A DNA stretch of 64,000 bases from a candidate division FCPU426 bacterium (GCA_963719085.1 CAVRAL010000004.1:736001-800000); one strand, 5' to 3'. Shown: positions 10,421 through 20,351, numbered from the stretch's first letter. Translations and numbers: made by a program. The notes: a model not told the origin generated them from the sequence alone.

Positions 10421-13402
10421 TTACCAACTCACCGGGCATTTCACGATTTCGCCGGATTGCTTGTGCTTGAAGAGGACATATTTTTTTTCCTGGCCGAATT
10501 TCCAAAGATCATGGGTCAACTTCACGTCCATTTGGCAATAATCGATGACCTGCTGGTATTTTCCCTCCCGCCACCATTGGACTGCCAAAAGGCCGTCGGC
10601 GCTTTTTTCGGCCCCCCCCAGGGTATGTTGGGCCAGATGCGCCAGCGAAAGCCGGTGGTTGAGCTTCTTTTGAAGGTCCGCCATTAAATCCAACGACGGC
10701 AATTTTTGCAGGGCGAAGGAAGTGTAACCTTGCAAAACGCCATAGTCGAATCGCAGGGTATTAAAGCCAATGACCAGGGACGAGGCCTTCAGGTGCGCGA
10801 TCAATTCACCGACATTTTCCTCGCCGTAGGTGAAGTAACGGGCCTGGTCCACGTCATAAACCACCGCGCAAGAAAGTTTCATGCCAGGGAGGTTTCCCCA
10901 ACCTCCGGAAATTTCCGCGGCCAAATACTGCGTCTCAATATCAAAAACCACCGGGCCGGTTTTTCCCGGCGCCGGCTCGGTTGAAAAAAGCGATGGGACG
11001 GTTTGAGTTTTCTTTTCCGGGGGCTTCGAGACTTTTTCAACCGGTAAAGTTTCTTTGGGTGAAGGCTCCGGTTGAAGGCCCGGAAGCGCCGGCTGAAGAT
11101 CCTCCCGGCCCAACAAATGGGCGAGTAACAAAATCGCTCCTTTTTTATCGAGCGGATGGTTCCCGCTCCCGCATTTGGGCGACTGAACACAGGAAGGGCA
11201 GCCTTCCTCGCATTCGCAGTCTCGGATCATCTCAAAGGTCGTGGTCAACAGCTCTTCCATTGTCTCATAGGCGCGCTCGGTGAGCCCCACGCCGCCCGGA
11301 GTGCCATCATAGATAAAAATAACGGGTTGGGGAACCTGGGGATGGGCGGGCGTTGAGATGCCGCCCAAATCCCAACGGTCGCAAACCACATGGAGCGGCA
11401 TCATGGCGATGGTGCCGTGTTCGGCCGCGTGAAGCCCGCCCATAAAATGAAGTTTCAAGTCCGCCAAGCGCCGCTGCAAATGATCCGGCAACGTGAACCA
11501 AAGCGCCCGGGTCTCAAAGGTTTGGGGCGGCAATGTCAAAGGGTAGGTGGACACCAAAGACCGATCCAAAATCCGGTGCACCTCGTAATTGATGAAGCGC
11601 TGGGTGATCTTCACCCGGCCCCATTGGATTTCGCTTTGGGCTTTCGCCGGCCCTAAGGGGCGCTTTTTGATCTGCTCCAAAATCTCGGTTTCTTCCTCGT
11701 AATTGACCTGGGTGTAATAATCCACCGGTTCGTCCCGAATGAGGATCTTGTGCTGCTCCCATTGGAGCTCTTTCACCACATATTGAACCCCTTGATGCAG
11801 ATAAACCGCGCCGGGGTGGCAGTCGCGGAAAGCGCGCATGCCGTCAATCGTGCCGATGAGTTCTCCCGTGTCTTGCAGGATGATTTGGTAGCCTTCGCCC
11901 ATGTCGCGGATATTGACGCCTCGTTGGGGGTTCTTGTCCGTGACCAGCCATTTTCCGCCATTAGCCGATTCCAAAATAGCGCCTTGCGCCACGAGCGAGG
12001 GGAGCAGCTCTTGCATCAGTTGCCCATAAAAAGGGGTGTCTTGTTCGAGGGTGAGCGGAAATTCGGAAGCCGCGCAGCGCAAGTGGGCCTTGGCGATGGT
12101 CTCGTTCTCAAACCCCACCATCAGCGATTCAGGTTTCATGGTGAAAAATTTGGCGGGATGTTTCATCCAGTACTGATCCATGGCGTCCGCCATCGCCACC
12201 AAAAAAACAACCGAGGGCGCGTCGCCCCGGCCCACCCGGCCTGAACGCTGCCAGGTAGAGATCATGGTTCCCGGATAGCCCACCAAAATACAAGAGTCCA
12301 ATCCCCCCACGTCAATCCCCACCTCCAAAGCCGAGGTGGAAATGACCGCTTTTAACTCATCTTTAAAAAGTTTTCCCTCGATCTCCCGGCGCTCCTCCGG
12401 CAGATAGCCGGCCCGGTAACTTTTAATTTGCGCGGCCCATTCGGGCCTGGCTTGGGTCACCCAAAGGCTGATAAGTTCGGTGATCTTCCGCGCCTTGGTA
12501 AATACAATGGTTTTCATTCCGGCTTTAAGGCACTCGATCAACAAGGTCACCGCTTCGGTATAGGGCGAAGCCGTATCCGGATTCCACAATACGAAGGTCT
12601 TGGCGTTTTGGGGGGCTCCGGTTTCAGAGACAATCTCGAAAGGAAGCCCGGTTAAGCGGCTCAAAAACTCATCCGGATTTCCCAGCGTGGCCGAACAAGT
12701 GACAAACTGCGGATCGCTTCCATAATGCCGGCAGATCCGCCGCAAGCGGCGCAGGACGTGGGCCACATGGGATCCAAAGACTCCCCGATAGCTATGCGCT
12801 TCATCCACGACCACGTACTTTAAGTTTTTAAAAAAGTCGGACCAACCGTCATGAAAAGCCAAAATGCCCAAATGAAGCATATCGGGATTGGTTAAAAGAA
12901 TATTCGGGGGATTCTTTTTTATTTTTCCCCTTACCCCGGTCGGCGTATCCCCGTCATAAATTTCGGCGCTCACCAAAGGAAGCTTCGCGGACTTCAACCG
13001 GCCCGACCACTCTTGCAGGGTTTTCAGTTGGTCCTGGGCCAAGGCTTTCATGGGGTAAAGATAAAGGGCCCGGGAAGCGGGATTTTTTAAAACCGATTGG
13101 ATCACGGGCAAATTAAAGCAAAGGGTTTTGCCCGAAGCCGTGGGCGTGGTCACCGCGACATTTTTTCCGTTCAGAAGCGCGTCGATGGCCTGGGCTTGAT
13201 GGGTCCAAAGCGACTCCACGCCTGATTTTTTTACCACGGAGATAAGTTCGGAGGACAGGCCCGCCGGCCAATCTTGAAACCGGGCTTTTCGAGGGGGGAT
13301 AGCCTCCACGTGTTTGAGCCGGTCTTTTAAATCTTCCCGGGAGCGCAAAACGGAAAGCAGTTGGGAAAAAATCGACTTCGAGGGGGAAAGCTTCAGGGCC
13401 AT
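10421..13402 (-). CDS. MrfA/YprA (Hrq1-like) DEAH helicase with DUF1998, fused to a C-terminal RNase H-like DEDD exonuclease
   Basis: TPTASGKT, DEAH, SAT, QRSGRVGR, CECEEGCPSC; C-terminal VFDIETQ, GFNTLRFD, YCQMDV. Confidence 0.9.
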   Translation of the reverse strand: MALKLSPSKSIFSQLLSVLRSREDLKDRLKHVEAIPPRKARFQDWPAGLSSELISVVKKSGVESLWTHQAQAIDALLNGKNVAVTTPTASGKTLCFNLPVIQSVLKNPASRALYLYPMKALAQDQLKTLQEWSGRLKSAKLPLVSAEIYDGDTPTGVRGKIKKNPPNILLTNPDMLHLGILAFHDGWSDFFKNLKYVVVDEAHSYRGVFGSHVAHVLRRLRRICRHYGSDPQFVTCSATLGNPDEFLSRLTGLPFEIVSETGAPQNAKTFVLWNPDTASPYTEAVTLLIECLKAGMKTIVFTKARKITELISLWVTQARPEWAAQIKSYRAGYLPEERREIEGKLFKDELKAVISTSALEVGIDVGGLDSCILVGYPGTMISTWQRSGRVGRGDAPSVVFLVAMADAMDQYWMKHPAKFFTMKPESLMVGFENETIAKAHLRCAASEFPLTLEQDTPFYGQLMQELLPSLVAQGAILESANGGKWLVTDKNPQRGVNIRDMGEGYQIILQDTGELIGTIDGMRAFRDCHPGAVYLHQGVQYVVKELQWEQHKILIRDEPVDYYTQVNYEEETEILEQIKKRPLGPAKAQSEIQWGRVKITQRFINYEVHRILDRSLVSTYPLTLPPQTFETRALWFTLPDHLQRRLADLKLHFMGGLHAAEHGTIAMMPLHVVCDRWDLGGISTPAHPQVPQPVIFIYDGTPGGVGLTERAYETMEELLTTTFEMIRDCECEEGCPSCVQSPKCGSGNHPLDKKGAILLLAHLLGREDLQPALPGLQPEPSPKETLPVEKVSKPPEKKTQTVPSLFSTEPAPGKTGPVVFDIETQYLAAEISGGWGNLPGMKLSCAVVYDVDQARYFTYGEENVGELIAHLKASSLVIGFNTLRFDYGVLQGYTSFALQKLPSLDLMADLQKKLNHRLSLAHLAQHTLGGAEKSADGLLAVQWWREGKYQQVIDYCQMDVKLTHDLWKFGQEKKYVLFKHKQSGEIVKCPVSW

Positions 13403-13464
13403 GGGCGAATTGTACGGTTTTTTTCGAAGGATTCAAAGGCGGGGCCCACGAACCTTTAAAAAAC

Positions 13465-13495
13465 AAAAAGACCCGCCAAAAGACGGGTCTTTTTT
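13465..13495 (-). terminator. Intrinsic terminator after dnaN
   Basis: AAAAAGACCCG-CCAAAAGA-CGGGTCTTTTTT. Confidence 0.8.
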
Positions 13496-13517
13496 AAAGC
13501 GCCGGGAAAATGAACCC

Positions 13518-14642
13518 TTAGACCCGCATGGGCATAATCACGCAAAGATAGTCGGAGTCGCCTTTGGGTTTCAAAATACCGGGGCTCAAGGGTTGGGTCA
13601 ATTCAATGGAAACTTGGTCGGTCCCAATGTTCTTCAAAACGTCCAAAACATATTTGGCGTTATAAGCGATGCTGATTTCCTCGCCCTTATAAGAAGCGTC
13701 GATTTCTTCCTTAGCTTCCCCCATATCCGGGGTTTTGGACGAGATCGATATTTTCCCCGCTTTGATTTGATATCGAATCGAATTGGATTTCTCGGAGGTC
13801 AAAATAGCCACGCGTTTGGTCGCCGAGGATAATTCGGAGGTTGAAACCTCCACTTTTTTGTCCGAGTCTTTCGGGATCACTTGTTCGTAATTGGGGAATT
13901 GGCCCTCGATTAAGCGGGAAATAATTTCGACGCCTTCCACCGTAAACTTAATTTGATTTTCGGTCGTCACGACTTCCACCGTGGGCTCTTCCTTTTCTTC
14001 TTTTCCTTTGGCCACATCCGAAATGACTTTGGATAACTCATTTAAGGTTTTGGTGGGGATAATCACGTTCGCTTTTCCTTCACCCTTTCCTTCTAATTTC
14101 TTTTGGATATAAGCCAAACGATGGCCATCAGTGGCAACCATTTTCAGTTTTTCATTCTCGACTTGAAAATAAACCCCGTTTAAAACATAGCGGGTTTCGT
14201 CCGTCGAGACCGCGAAAATGGTCTTATGGATCATTTCTTGAAGTAAGGATCCTTTAATTTTAAAAACTTTTTCTTTTTTAACTTCCGGCAGGATAGGAAA
14301 GTCGTCTTTGGGTAAACCGTGCACTTTGAATTGGGATTTTTGACAAACTAAAATCATCTTTTGGTTCTCATCAATTTCGATATCAACTGAAGCTTCCGGT
14401 AATTCCCGGACGATATCCGCGAGTTTTTTCGCGTTAATCGTGATGCTTCCCTTTTCCACTACCTCCGCCACAACTGAGCAGCGAATCCCCATATCTAAAT
14501 CCGTCGCGACAAACTCCAATTTTTTATCCCGGGCCTCTAAAAGCACATTCGCCAAGATGGGCATGGTATTTTTAGTGGCCACCGCGCTTTGAACCGTTGA
14601 GATACCTTTTAACAAGTCCGCCCGATTTAAAACCACTTTCAT
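13518..14642 (-). CDS. dnaN: DNA polymerase III beta sliding clamp
   Basis: ATDLD, AVSTDETRYVLNGV, VATDGHRLA, SRLIEGQFPNYEQVIP, VIMPMR. Confidence 0.98.
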   Translation of the reverse strand: MKVVLNRADLLKGISTVQSAVATKNTMPILANVLLEARDKKLEFVATDLDMGIRCSVVAEVVEKGSITINAKKLADIVRELPEASVDIEIDENQKMILVCQKSQFKVHGLPKDDFPILPEVKKEKVFKIKGSLLQEMIHKTIFAVSTDETRYVLNGVYFQVENEKLKMVATDGHRLAYIQKKLEGKGEGKANVIIPTKTLNELSKVISDVAKGKEEKEEPTVEVVTTENQIKFTVEGVEIISRLIEGQFPNYEQVIPKDSDKKVEVSTSELSSATKRVAILTSEKSNSIRYQIKAGKISISSKTPDMGEAKEEIDASYKGEEISIAYNAKYVLDVLKNIGTDQVSIELTQPLSPGILKPKGDSDYLCVIMPMRV

Positions 14643-14993
14643 TTGAAAAGCTCCTTGAAGGTAAATTCGTGGTGACGACTATTGTTTCAAAAGACTTTTA
14701 AATTTAACCAAGAGTAGTCGTAGTGGGTGTTGAGGATATGTGCAAATCATTCGGAAATTGATTCCCTGTAATGGTTAGAGCCGAAAAAACGATGGGAATA
14801 ATTTGGGGGTATTATAAGAGAAATCCACAGACCCGCAACTCTTTTGCCCGAAACCGCGACTTATACCCAGGGAGTTCGGCCTTTTGTGAATTTATTTGGG
14901 GAGAACCAGGACGCAAGAGAAAATTTGAATCTTAAATAAAGGACTTGGGGATGGATTTGAATAACTTCGTGGATAAGTCGCGGGAGGCTTAGC
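14643..14993. other. oriC: oriC sub-region between dnaA and dnaN (DnaA boxes, DnaA trios, AT cluster)
   Basis: Near-consensus boxes at 14793-14801, 14861-14869, 14968-14976; tandem degenerate boxes 14731-14747, then on the minus strand CAC-TAC-GAC-TAC (14725-14714) and an AT-rich run. Confidence 0.8.
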
Positions 14994-16385
14994 TTAGAAG
15001 GAAGAGGAATGCCGGTCCGTTAGGTTTTTCTTAAGATTGGAAACTTCCGCCAACAAAGTGGCGTCGGTCTGGCACAAATCGTCGATTTTCTCGTAAGCGT
15101 GGATGATGGTCGTATGGTCTTTTCCCCCGAAGGCGGCTCCGATTTCGGTCAAGGAGTGCGCGGTAAGTTCCCGGGTGAGATACATGGCGATCTGACGGGG
15201 AAAAGCGATTTGCTTCGTGCGTTTCTTTGATTTCATATCGGAAAACTTGCAGTTATACCTTTCGGCCACCAATCGTTGGATGGTGTCCACCGAGATGCGT
15301 TTTTCCTCATTGGGAAGGGCGTCTTTAAGGACTTCTTTTACCAGCTCAAGCGTGATCTCTTGGCGGGTCAAGGATGCGAAAGCGATGACCCGGAGCATGG
15401 AACCTTCCAGCTCGCGGATATTGGCTTTGACATGATGGGCGATGAACAAGGTGACCTCATTGGGCACCAAGATTCCCTCGCTTTCGGCTTTTTTACGGAG
15501 GATGGCGATCCGGGTTTCAAGGTCCGGTTCTTGGATATCGGTGATCAACCCCATCTCAAAACGGTTGCGAAGCCGTTCTTCCAAGCGAATTTCCTTGGGA
15601 TGGCTGTCTGAAGTGGCCACGATTTGCTTTTGCTCCTCATAGAGCACGTTGAAGGTATGGAAAAACTCTTCTTGGGTGGCTTCCTTGCCTTCCCAAAATT
15701 GGATGTCATCAATCAAGAGCACGTCGACGGTTCGGTATTTGTTCCTGAAATCCTGCTGCCGGCCGGATTGAATGGATTGGATGAAGTCATTCATGAACTT
15801 CTCAGATGAGATATAGAGAACCTTAATATTGGGGTTTTGCTCGACCACGTAATTGCCGATGGCTTGAAGTAAGTGGGTTTTTCCAAGGCCGACTCCCCCG
15901 TATATAAAAAGAGGGTTGTAAGAGCGGGCGGGCGCCTCCGCGACAGCCAAACAAGCCGCGTGGGCGAACCGATTGCTGTTGCCGACGACAAAACTCTCAA
16001 AATTAAACTTGCCGTTGAGGATAATTTCAGAATCCGAAGAAACCCGGCTGGGGCTCGGCATGGTCAAGGTTGGCTTTTCGATAACTTCCAGGGTGGAAGG
16101 GGCGGCCACCGAAGCCCTTGCGGGGCTTTCGGGGGAAGCGTTTTGGATCTCAAATTGGATTTCCAATTGAACCGGATGGACTAGTTTGAGGGCCTTTTGA
16201 ATTTGGGGCTGGTAATGGTCCCGGATCCAGTCACGGAAAAACTCGTTGGGAACCTTGATTTGAAGGGTCTTCTCGTCCAATAAGGAAGCCTGCGTTGCCT
16301 TAAACCAGGTCTCGTAGCTCTGGCGGTTTAAGTCTTTTTTGAGGTTTTCGAGACAAAGACCCCATACATCCACTGGACCAGTCAT
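14994..16385 (-). CDS. dnaA: Chromosomal replication initiator DnaA
   Basis: YNPLFIYGGVGLGKTHL, LLIDDIQF, NIRELEG, FGGKDHTTIIHA; GGGAGG RBS 7 nt before ATG 16385. Confidence 0.98.
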   Translation of the reverse strand: MTGPVDVWGLCLENLKKDLNRQSYETWFKATQASLLDEKTLQIKVPNEFFRDWIRDHYQPQIQKALKLVHPVQLEIQFEIQNASPESPARASVAAPSTLEVIEKPTLTMPSPSRVSSDSEIILNGKFNFESFVVGNSNRFAHAACLAVAEAPARSYNPLFIYGGVGLGKTHLLQAIGNYVVEQNPNIKVLYISSEKFMNDFIQSIQSGRQQDFRNKYRTVDVLLIDDIQFWEGKEATQEEFFHTFNVLYEEQKQIVATSDSHPKEIRLEERLRNRFEMGLITDIQEPDLETRIAILRKKAESEGILVPNEVTLFIAHHVKANIRELEGSMLRVIAFASLTRQEITLELVKEVLKDALPNEEKRISVDTIQRLVAERYNCKFSDMKSKKRTKQIAFPRQIAMYLTRELTAHSLTEIGAAFGGKDHTTIIHAYEKIDDLCQTDATLLAEVSNLKKNLTDRHSSSF

Positions 16386-16932
16386 CCACAAACCTCCCGA
16401 ACGTTAAAAGACATTTAAAACCAACAAAAAGGGGCGAAATGAGATCGGCTGCGAATTTATCCCCTGTTTATCCCCAGTTTATGGGGAGAGCTCTTGAGCA
16501 CTAAATCAAACCAGCGTGGTAAGGATTGGTAAATCAGTTATTCACAATTGTGTATGGTTTGTGGATAACCCAACCGGTGGTAGAAAGCCCAGTCAAAAAA
16601 GAGTTTTTGAAATTTTTGGTCTTTCGGTTTTTAAAAATTTTTAATTTCGATTTTTTGAAGCGGCCAAAAAAGCTTATCGTTTAAGGCTTTTTCGAGTGAT
16701 TCAAAAAGTCATGCACAGATTATCCACGTATCCACAAGTTCGGCGCTTCGGGAGTTGAGTTTTTGGATTTGATTTTCAGTTTCGTCCAAAAATTTTCGAA
16801 ATCGTGATTTGCTTCTCTCTATTTAAATCTTTTTCCAGCGAAGTCAAGAAAATTATCGGGATTTTAAAATTCTTTTTTTAAAAATTTTCTATTGAATCCA
16901 AAAATATTTTTTTAACTTTTTACCGCCGCTCA
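16386..16932. other. oriC/dnaA-promoter sub-region with DnaA-box cluster and AT-rich tract
   Basis: TGTGGATAA 16560-16568 (perfect), TTATTCACA 16538-16546, TTATCCCCA 16468-16476, TTATCCACG 16720-16728, GTATCCACA 16728-16736, TCATGCACA 16709-16717; very AT-rich ~16800-16930. Confidence 0.85.
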
Positions 16933-17676
16933 TTAAGTTTCCGCGAGCCGCGAATCTAAAATTTGAAAAATAAATTCATCCGCCGCGCCTAAGGGCGGGG
17001 CCATAAATAGTTTAACCGCCGGATTTTCAATTTGAAAATTCCGAAGGGTCTCTTTTATTTTTTCCAAAAAGTTTCCGGGAAACAAAAGATAGGGCGCGAC
17101 CCAAATCTCATTCAAATGATTTTCCAATTTGATTCGTTCCAGGGCCTCGCTTAAGGAAGGCGCGCCTAGGCCGATAAAACAAGGCGTGATTCCCGCCGTT
17201 GGTTTTTTTTGACGCAGGAGCGAAGCCAATTCTTCCAAGAGTCCTTGGGCTTCGGTTTCCCGGGCGCCGTGGCCTACCAAGAGGGCGCTTTTACCGCCGG
17301 GATCGCTCGGATATCCGGCGGACGCCAGCCGGGCCAAGACCAGCTCGGCCATGGCGGAAGAAATTCCCAGCGAAGGCCCCAATTGAAATTGAGTTTGAGG
17401 GTATTTTTCTTGGACGCGTTGAATGGTTTCGGGGACATCTTTTTTTAAATGCGATCCGGAAAAAAGAAACAAAGGAAGAATTCGTACCATGTTGAAATTT
17501 TGGGCGGCTTTTTCCAATTCCGAATTAAAAGACGGTTCGGCCAATTCCAAATACCCGAAGCAAACGGTAATTTCAGGGTGCCGGGTTTGATAAGCCTCGG
17601 CGCATTTTTTCATTTCCAAGTCCGCCGAAGAATCCCGGCTTCCGTGGCTGAGCAATAAGACACAAGTCTTCGACAT
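16933..17676 (-). CDS. cbiX: Sirohydrochlorin chelatase, CbiX/SirB family (two-domain)
   Basis: LLSHGSRD, GYLELAEP, PLFLFSGSHLKKD, second domain LVGHGARE. Confidence 0.8.
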   Translation of the reverse strand: MSKTCVLLLSHGSRDSSADLEMKKCAEAYQTRHPEITVCFGYLELAEPSFNSELEKAAQNFNMVRILPLFLFSGSHLKKDVPETIQRVQEKYPQTQFQLGPSLGISSAMAELVLARLASAGYPSDPGGKSALLVGHGARETEAQGLLEELASLLRQKKPTAGITPCFIGLGAPSLSEALERIKLENHLNEIWVAPYLLFPGNFLEKIKETLRNFQIENPAVKLFMAPPLGAADEFIFQILDSRLAET

Positions 17677-17689
17677 AAAATTCCAGCTC

Positions 17690-18439
17690 CTAATTTAAAA
17701 GCCCCAGGCCCGCTAGCGCCAAAAGACCGGTTTCGGTGAGCTCAATTAAAGCGCCCAATCCATCCCCGGTGACTTCGCCGATTTGACGGCGGGAAAGAAA
17801 AGTCCAAATAAAATTAAACCCGATCGTGAAAATCAACGCCGCCAAAGCCGGCCCGGGCCTCCAAAAAAAACCGGGAATGATAAAAAGACAGGAGACGATA
17901 AAAAACGGCGGCCGCAAACCGAACAAGGCCGAAGCCAGACCTTTATATTTGGAACGGGGCGGATGAAGGAAGCAAGCCAACCCCACGGACCAGCGCGCCA
18001 TCATCGGGATCAGCGGAAACCAGGGCCAGGCGGCGGGTTTTAAAAACAAAAGCTGAAGAAAAACATATTTTGAAATCAAAAGTAAAAAAACACCCACGGT
18101 TCCATACGTGCCTATGGCGGGGTCTTTCATAATCTTGAACTTTTGCGCGGGCGTCCGTCCCCCCAGCCACCCGTCCAGACAATCCGCCAATCCGTCCAAA
18201 TGAAAGCTGAAGGTGAGAAGGACCCAGGTTAAAAGCGCGAACAAGGCTTGAACCGAAACGGGTACCGGCCAGAGATGATGGAGGAATAAAAGAAATCCCA
18301 GCGCCGCGCCGATCGGCGGATAGAAAACGAGGGAAGTTCTTAAATCCTTCGGCGTCCAATTTTTAACGGGGGCGGGGAAAGGCGTCAGGGTGGATAAAGC
18401 GATCCAAAAAGACTTCATGGGTTCCTTTGAAGAGCGCAA
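17690..18439 (-). CDS. cobS: Adenosylcobinamide-GDP ribazoletransferase (cobalamin synthase)
   Basis: FHLDGLADCLDG, IMKDPAIGTYG, GEVTGDGLGA. Confidence 0.93.
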   Translation of the reverse strand: MRSSKEPMKSFWIALSTLTPFPAPVKNWTPKDLRTSLVFYPPIGAALGFLLFLHHLWPVPVSVQALFALLTWVLLTFSFHLDGLADCLDGWLGGRTPAQKFKIMKDPAIGTYGTVGVFLLLISKYVFLQLLFLKPAAWPWFPLIPMMARWSVGLACFLHPPRSKYKGLASALFGLRPPFFIVSCLFIIPGFFWRPGPALAALIFTIGFNFIWTFLSRRQIGEVTGDGLGALIELTETGLLALAGLGLLN

Positions 18440-18452
18440 AGTGAAAGAGGGG

Positions 18453-19544
18453 TTAAGAAGGCGAAGAAGTTTTTCGGGTCGTCTTTTTATTTTTCAGCCG
18501 GGTAGGAACCTTGGCGCTGGAAAAAGTGGCCATTTCCCGATGGGCGCGGACGGCCGCCTCTAATAAAGGAAGCGCCAGGGCGGCGCCGCTGCCTTCGCCC
18601 AGGCGCATCTTGAGGTTCAAAAGAGGCTCTGTTTCAAGCGTTTCGAAGAACTTGGTGTGGCCCGGCTCTTCGGAGCGATGGGAAAAAAAGCAAAAATCAC
18701 GGACTTGAGGGCTCAAGCGGTAAGCCACCAGAAAAGCCGCGGAGGTAATGAAGCCGTCCACGACGACCGGAATTCGATTCTTCGCGCTTCCTAAAACGAC
18801 GCCCGTCAAGGTCGCGATTTCCAATCCGCCGACCGATCGAAGCGCTTCCAAAGGCTTGGAAGGGGTTAACGCGTAACGCCTCAAGGCGTCCGAGATGATC
18901 TTGCATTTAATCATCCAGTGGGCGCGGTCGATGCCGGTTCCAAAACCCGTCACATCTTCCACCGCGCAGGGTAAAAGCGAGGCCATTAACGCCGCCGCCG
19001 AGGTGGTGTTTCCAATTCCCATTTCGCCCAAAGCGATCCATTGAACTTTGTCTTTTTTCGCTTGGTCCGCCAATTGAATTCCCAGCGCGAGAGCTTTGTC
19101 GCGTTCTTCCCGCGTCATGGCGGCTTCCACTTTAAAATTTCGGGTTCCGAAGCGGATTTTCGCGTTTCTTAATTGAGGATGCGCGGGCAAATCGGCGTTG
19201 ACGCCCGCGTCCACCACTAGGACCTCGGCTCCGGCCTGGCCGGCCAAGGCGTTGATGGCGCCGCCACCCTTAAGAAAATTCAACACCATCATGGGGGTGA
19301 CCGAGGCGGGAAAAGCGGAAACACCCTCGGCTGCCACTCCGTGGTCGGCGGCGCAAAGAATCACGCGTTTTTTACCCAGCGCGGGGAGGGGACTGCGCGT
19401 GATACCCGCCACTTGAATCGCGATGGATTCCAGGACGCCTAAGCTGTGAAGGGGCTTGGTTAAATGATCCTGGTGTTGGCGCGCCTTTTTCATGCTCGGA
19501 AGATGAAGCGGGCGGATGGCCTTGAGGACTTTGGAAAGGTTCAT
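18453..19544 (-). CDS. cobT: Nicotinate-nucleotide dimethylbenzimidazole phosphoribosyltransferase
   Basis: LTKPLHSLGVLE, AADHGV, GEMGIGNTT, VDGFI, MRLGEGSGA, MATF. Confidence 0.95.
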   Translation of the reverse strand: MNLSKVLKAIRPLHLPSMKKARQHQDHLTKPLHSLGVLESIAIQVAGITRSPLPALGKKRVILCAADHGVAAEGVSAFPASVTPMMVLNFLKGGGAINALAGQAGAEVLVVDAGVNADLPAHPQLRNAKIRFGTRNFKVEAAMTREERDKALALGIQLADQAKKDKVQWIALGEMGIGNTTSAAALMASLLPCAVEDVTGFGTGIDRAHWMIKCKIISDALRRYALTPSKPLEALRSVGGLEIATLTGVVLGSAKNRIPVVVDGFITSAAFLVAYRLSPQVRDFCFFSHRSEEPGHTKFFETLETEPLLNLKMRLGEGSGAALALPLLEAAVRAHREMATFSSAKVPTRLKNKKTTRKTSSPS

Positions 19545-19619
19545 GAAGGGGATTATTTCATCCGGGCCGGGGCAAGTCATTAACAAAAATTGCGGAGGAA
19601 AAAGAGAAAGGCGCGGTTT

Positions 19620-20234
19620 TTAGCGTTTGCGGCGCATATTTCTTAAGCGGGATTTATAGCGTTCGGAATAAACCTCAAGCGGCTCAGGCTTGAGCGGGGA
19701 AAGCCAATAGGCGGCCTTGGATTTGGGTTTTCCAATTTGGCTCAAGATGCGGGTTTGATGCCGGTAAGAATAATCCAATTGGGATTGTATCCAAATTTTG
19801 CTCTTTTTATTCCGAATGGCCCAAAGCAGATAATGGTGGATCAAGAGTTTGTAAGGGAAATGGGTTTGCCAAAGGCCGATCAACTTCTGGCTTTCGTCCG
19901 AAGACAGCCGGGGCTTCACGGCGAATTTTTGATAGAAGGCGTAAAAGCGCTTCTCAAAAGAACTTTTTTGTTTTTCCGAGAGGGTTTGCCAAGCGTGGCG
20001 TAATTTGACCGATTTACGCGAATAGCCCAGCTTTAAAAAATGGCCTTGGATGGTATTGCGGTGGATCTTCAGCGCGGCGGCGGTCTTAATGATGTTGCCG
20101 TCGTACACCACGAACCAGTTCAAAAAATAATGTTTTTCCAAATCATCGGGGAAAAGACCCCGCTGCCACAAACGGTTCAACGTTAACAACCCGTCCCGCC
20201 ATTTTGGAATTGAAACAGAATTTTTTAATTTCAT
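19620..20234 (-). CDS. Basic hypothetical protein with tandem Fis-like (HTH_8) repeats
   Basis: LEKHYF...DGNIIKTAAALKIHRNTI matches the Fis HTH pattern; internal repeat LxxLWQx7LxxHYxL at aa 19 and aa 118. Confidence 0.65.
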   Translation of the reverse strand: MKLKNSVSIPKWRDGLLTLNRLWQRGLFPDDLEKHYFLNWFVVYDGNIIKTAAALKIHRNTIQGHFLKLGYSRKSVKLRHAWQTLSEKQKSSFEKRFYAFYQKFAVKPRLSSDESQKLIGLWQTHFPYKLLIHHYLLWAIRNKKSKIWIQSQLDYSYRHQTRILSQIGKPKSKAAYWLSPLKPEPLEVYSERYKSRLRNMRRKR

Positions 20235-20351
20235 TGAGGGGCCATTTGTAAACGATGACGGATTGGTTTGTAAAGGCTTTGCGGGGTGAAAACGCCGAAA
20301 AAATAAGGGGAATTTGTCAAACGTGGGGGCTAAGCAACAACTGTAAAAAAA

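Noticed and set aside
10421..13402. DUF1998 helicase as a DISARM/Druantia defence system
   Set aside because: No methylase or partner defence genes adjacent; context and exonuclease fusion fit MrfAB-type repair
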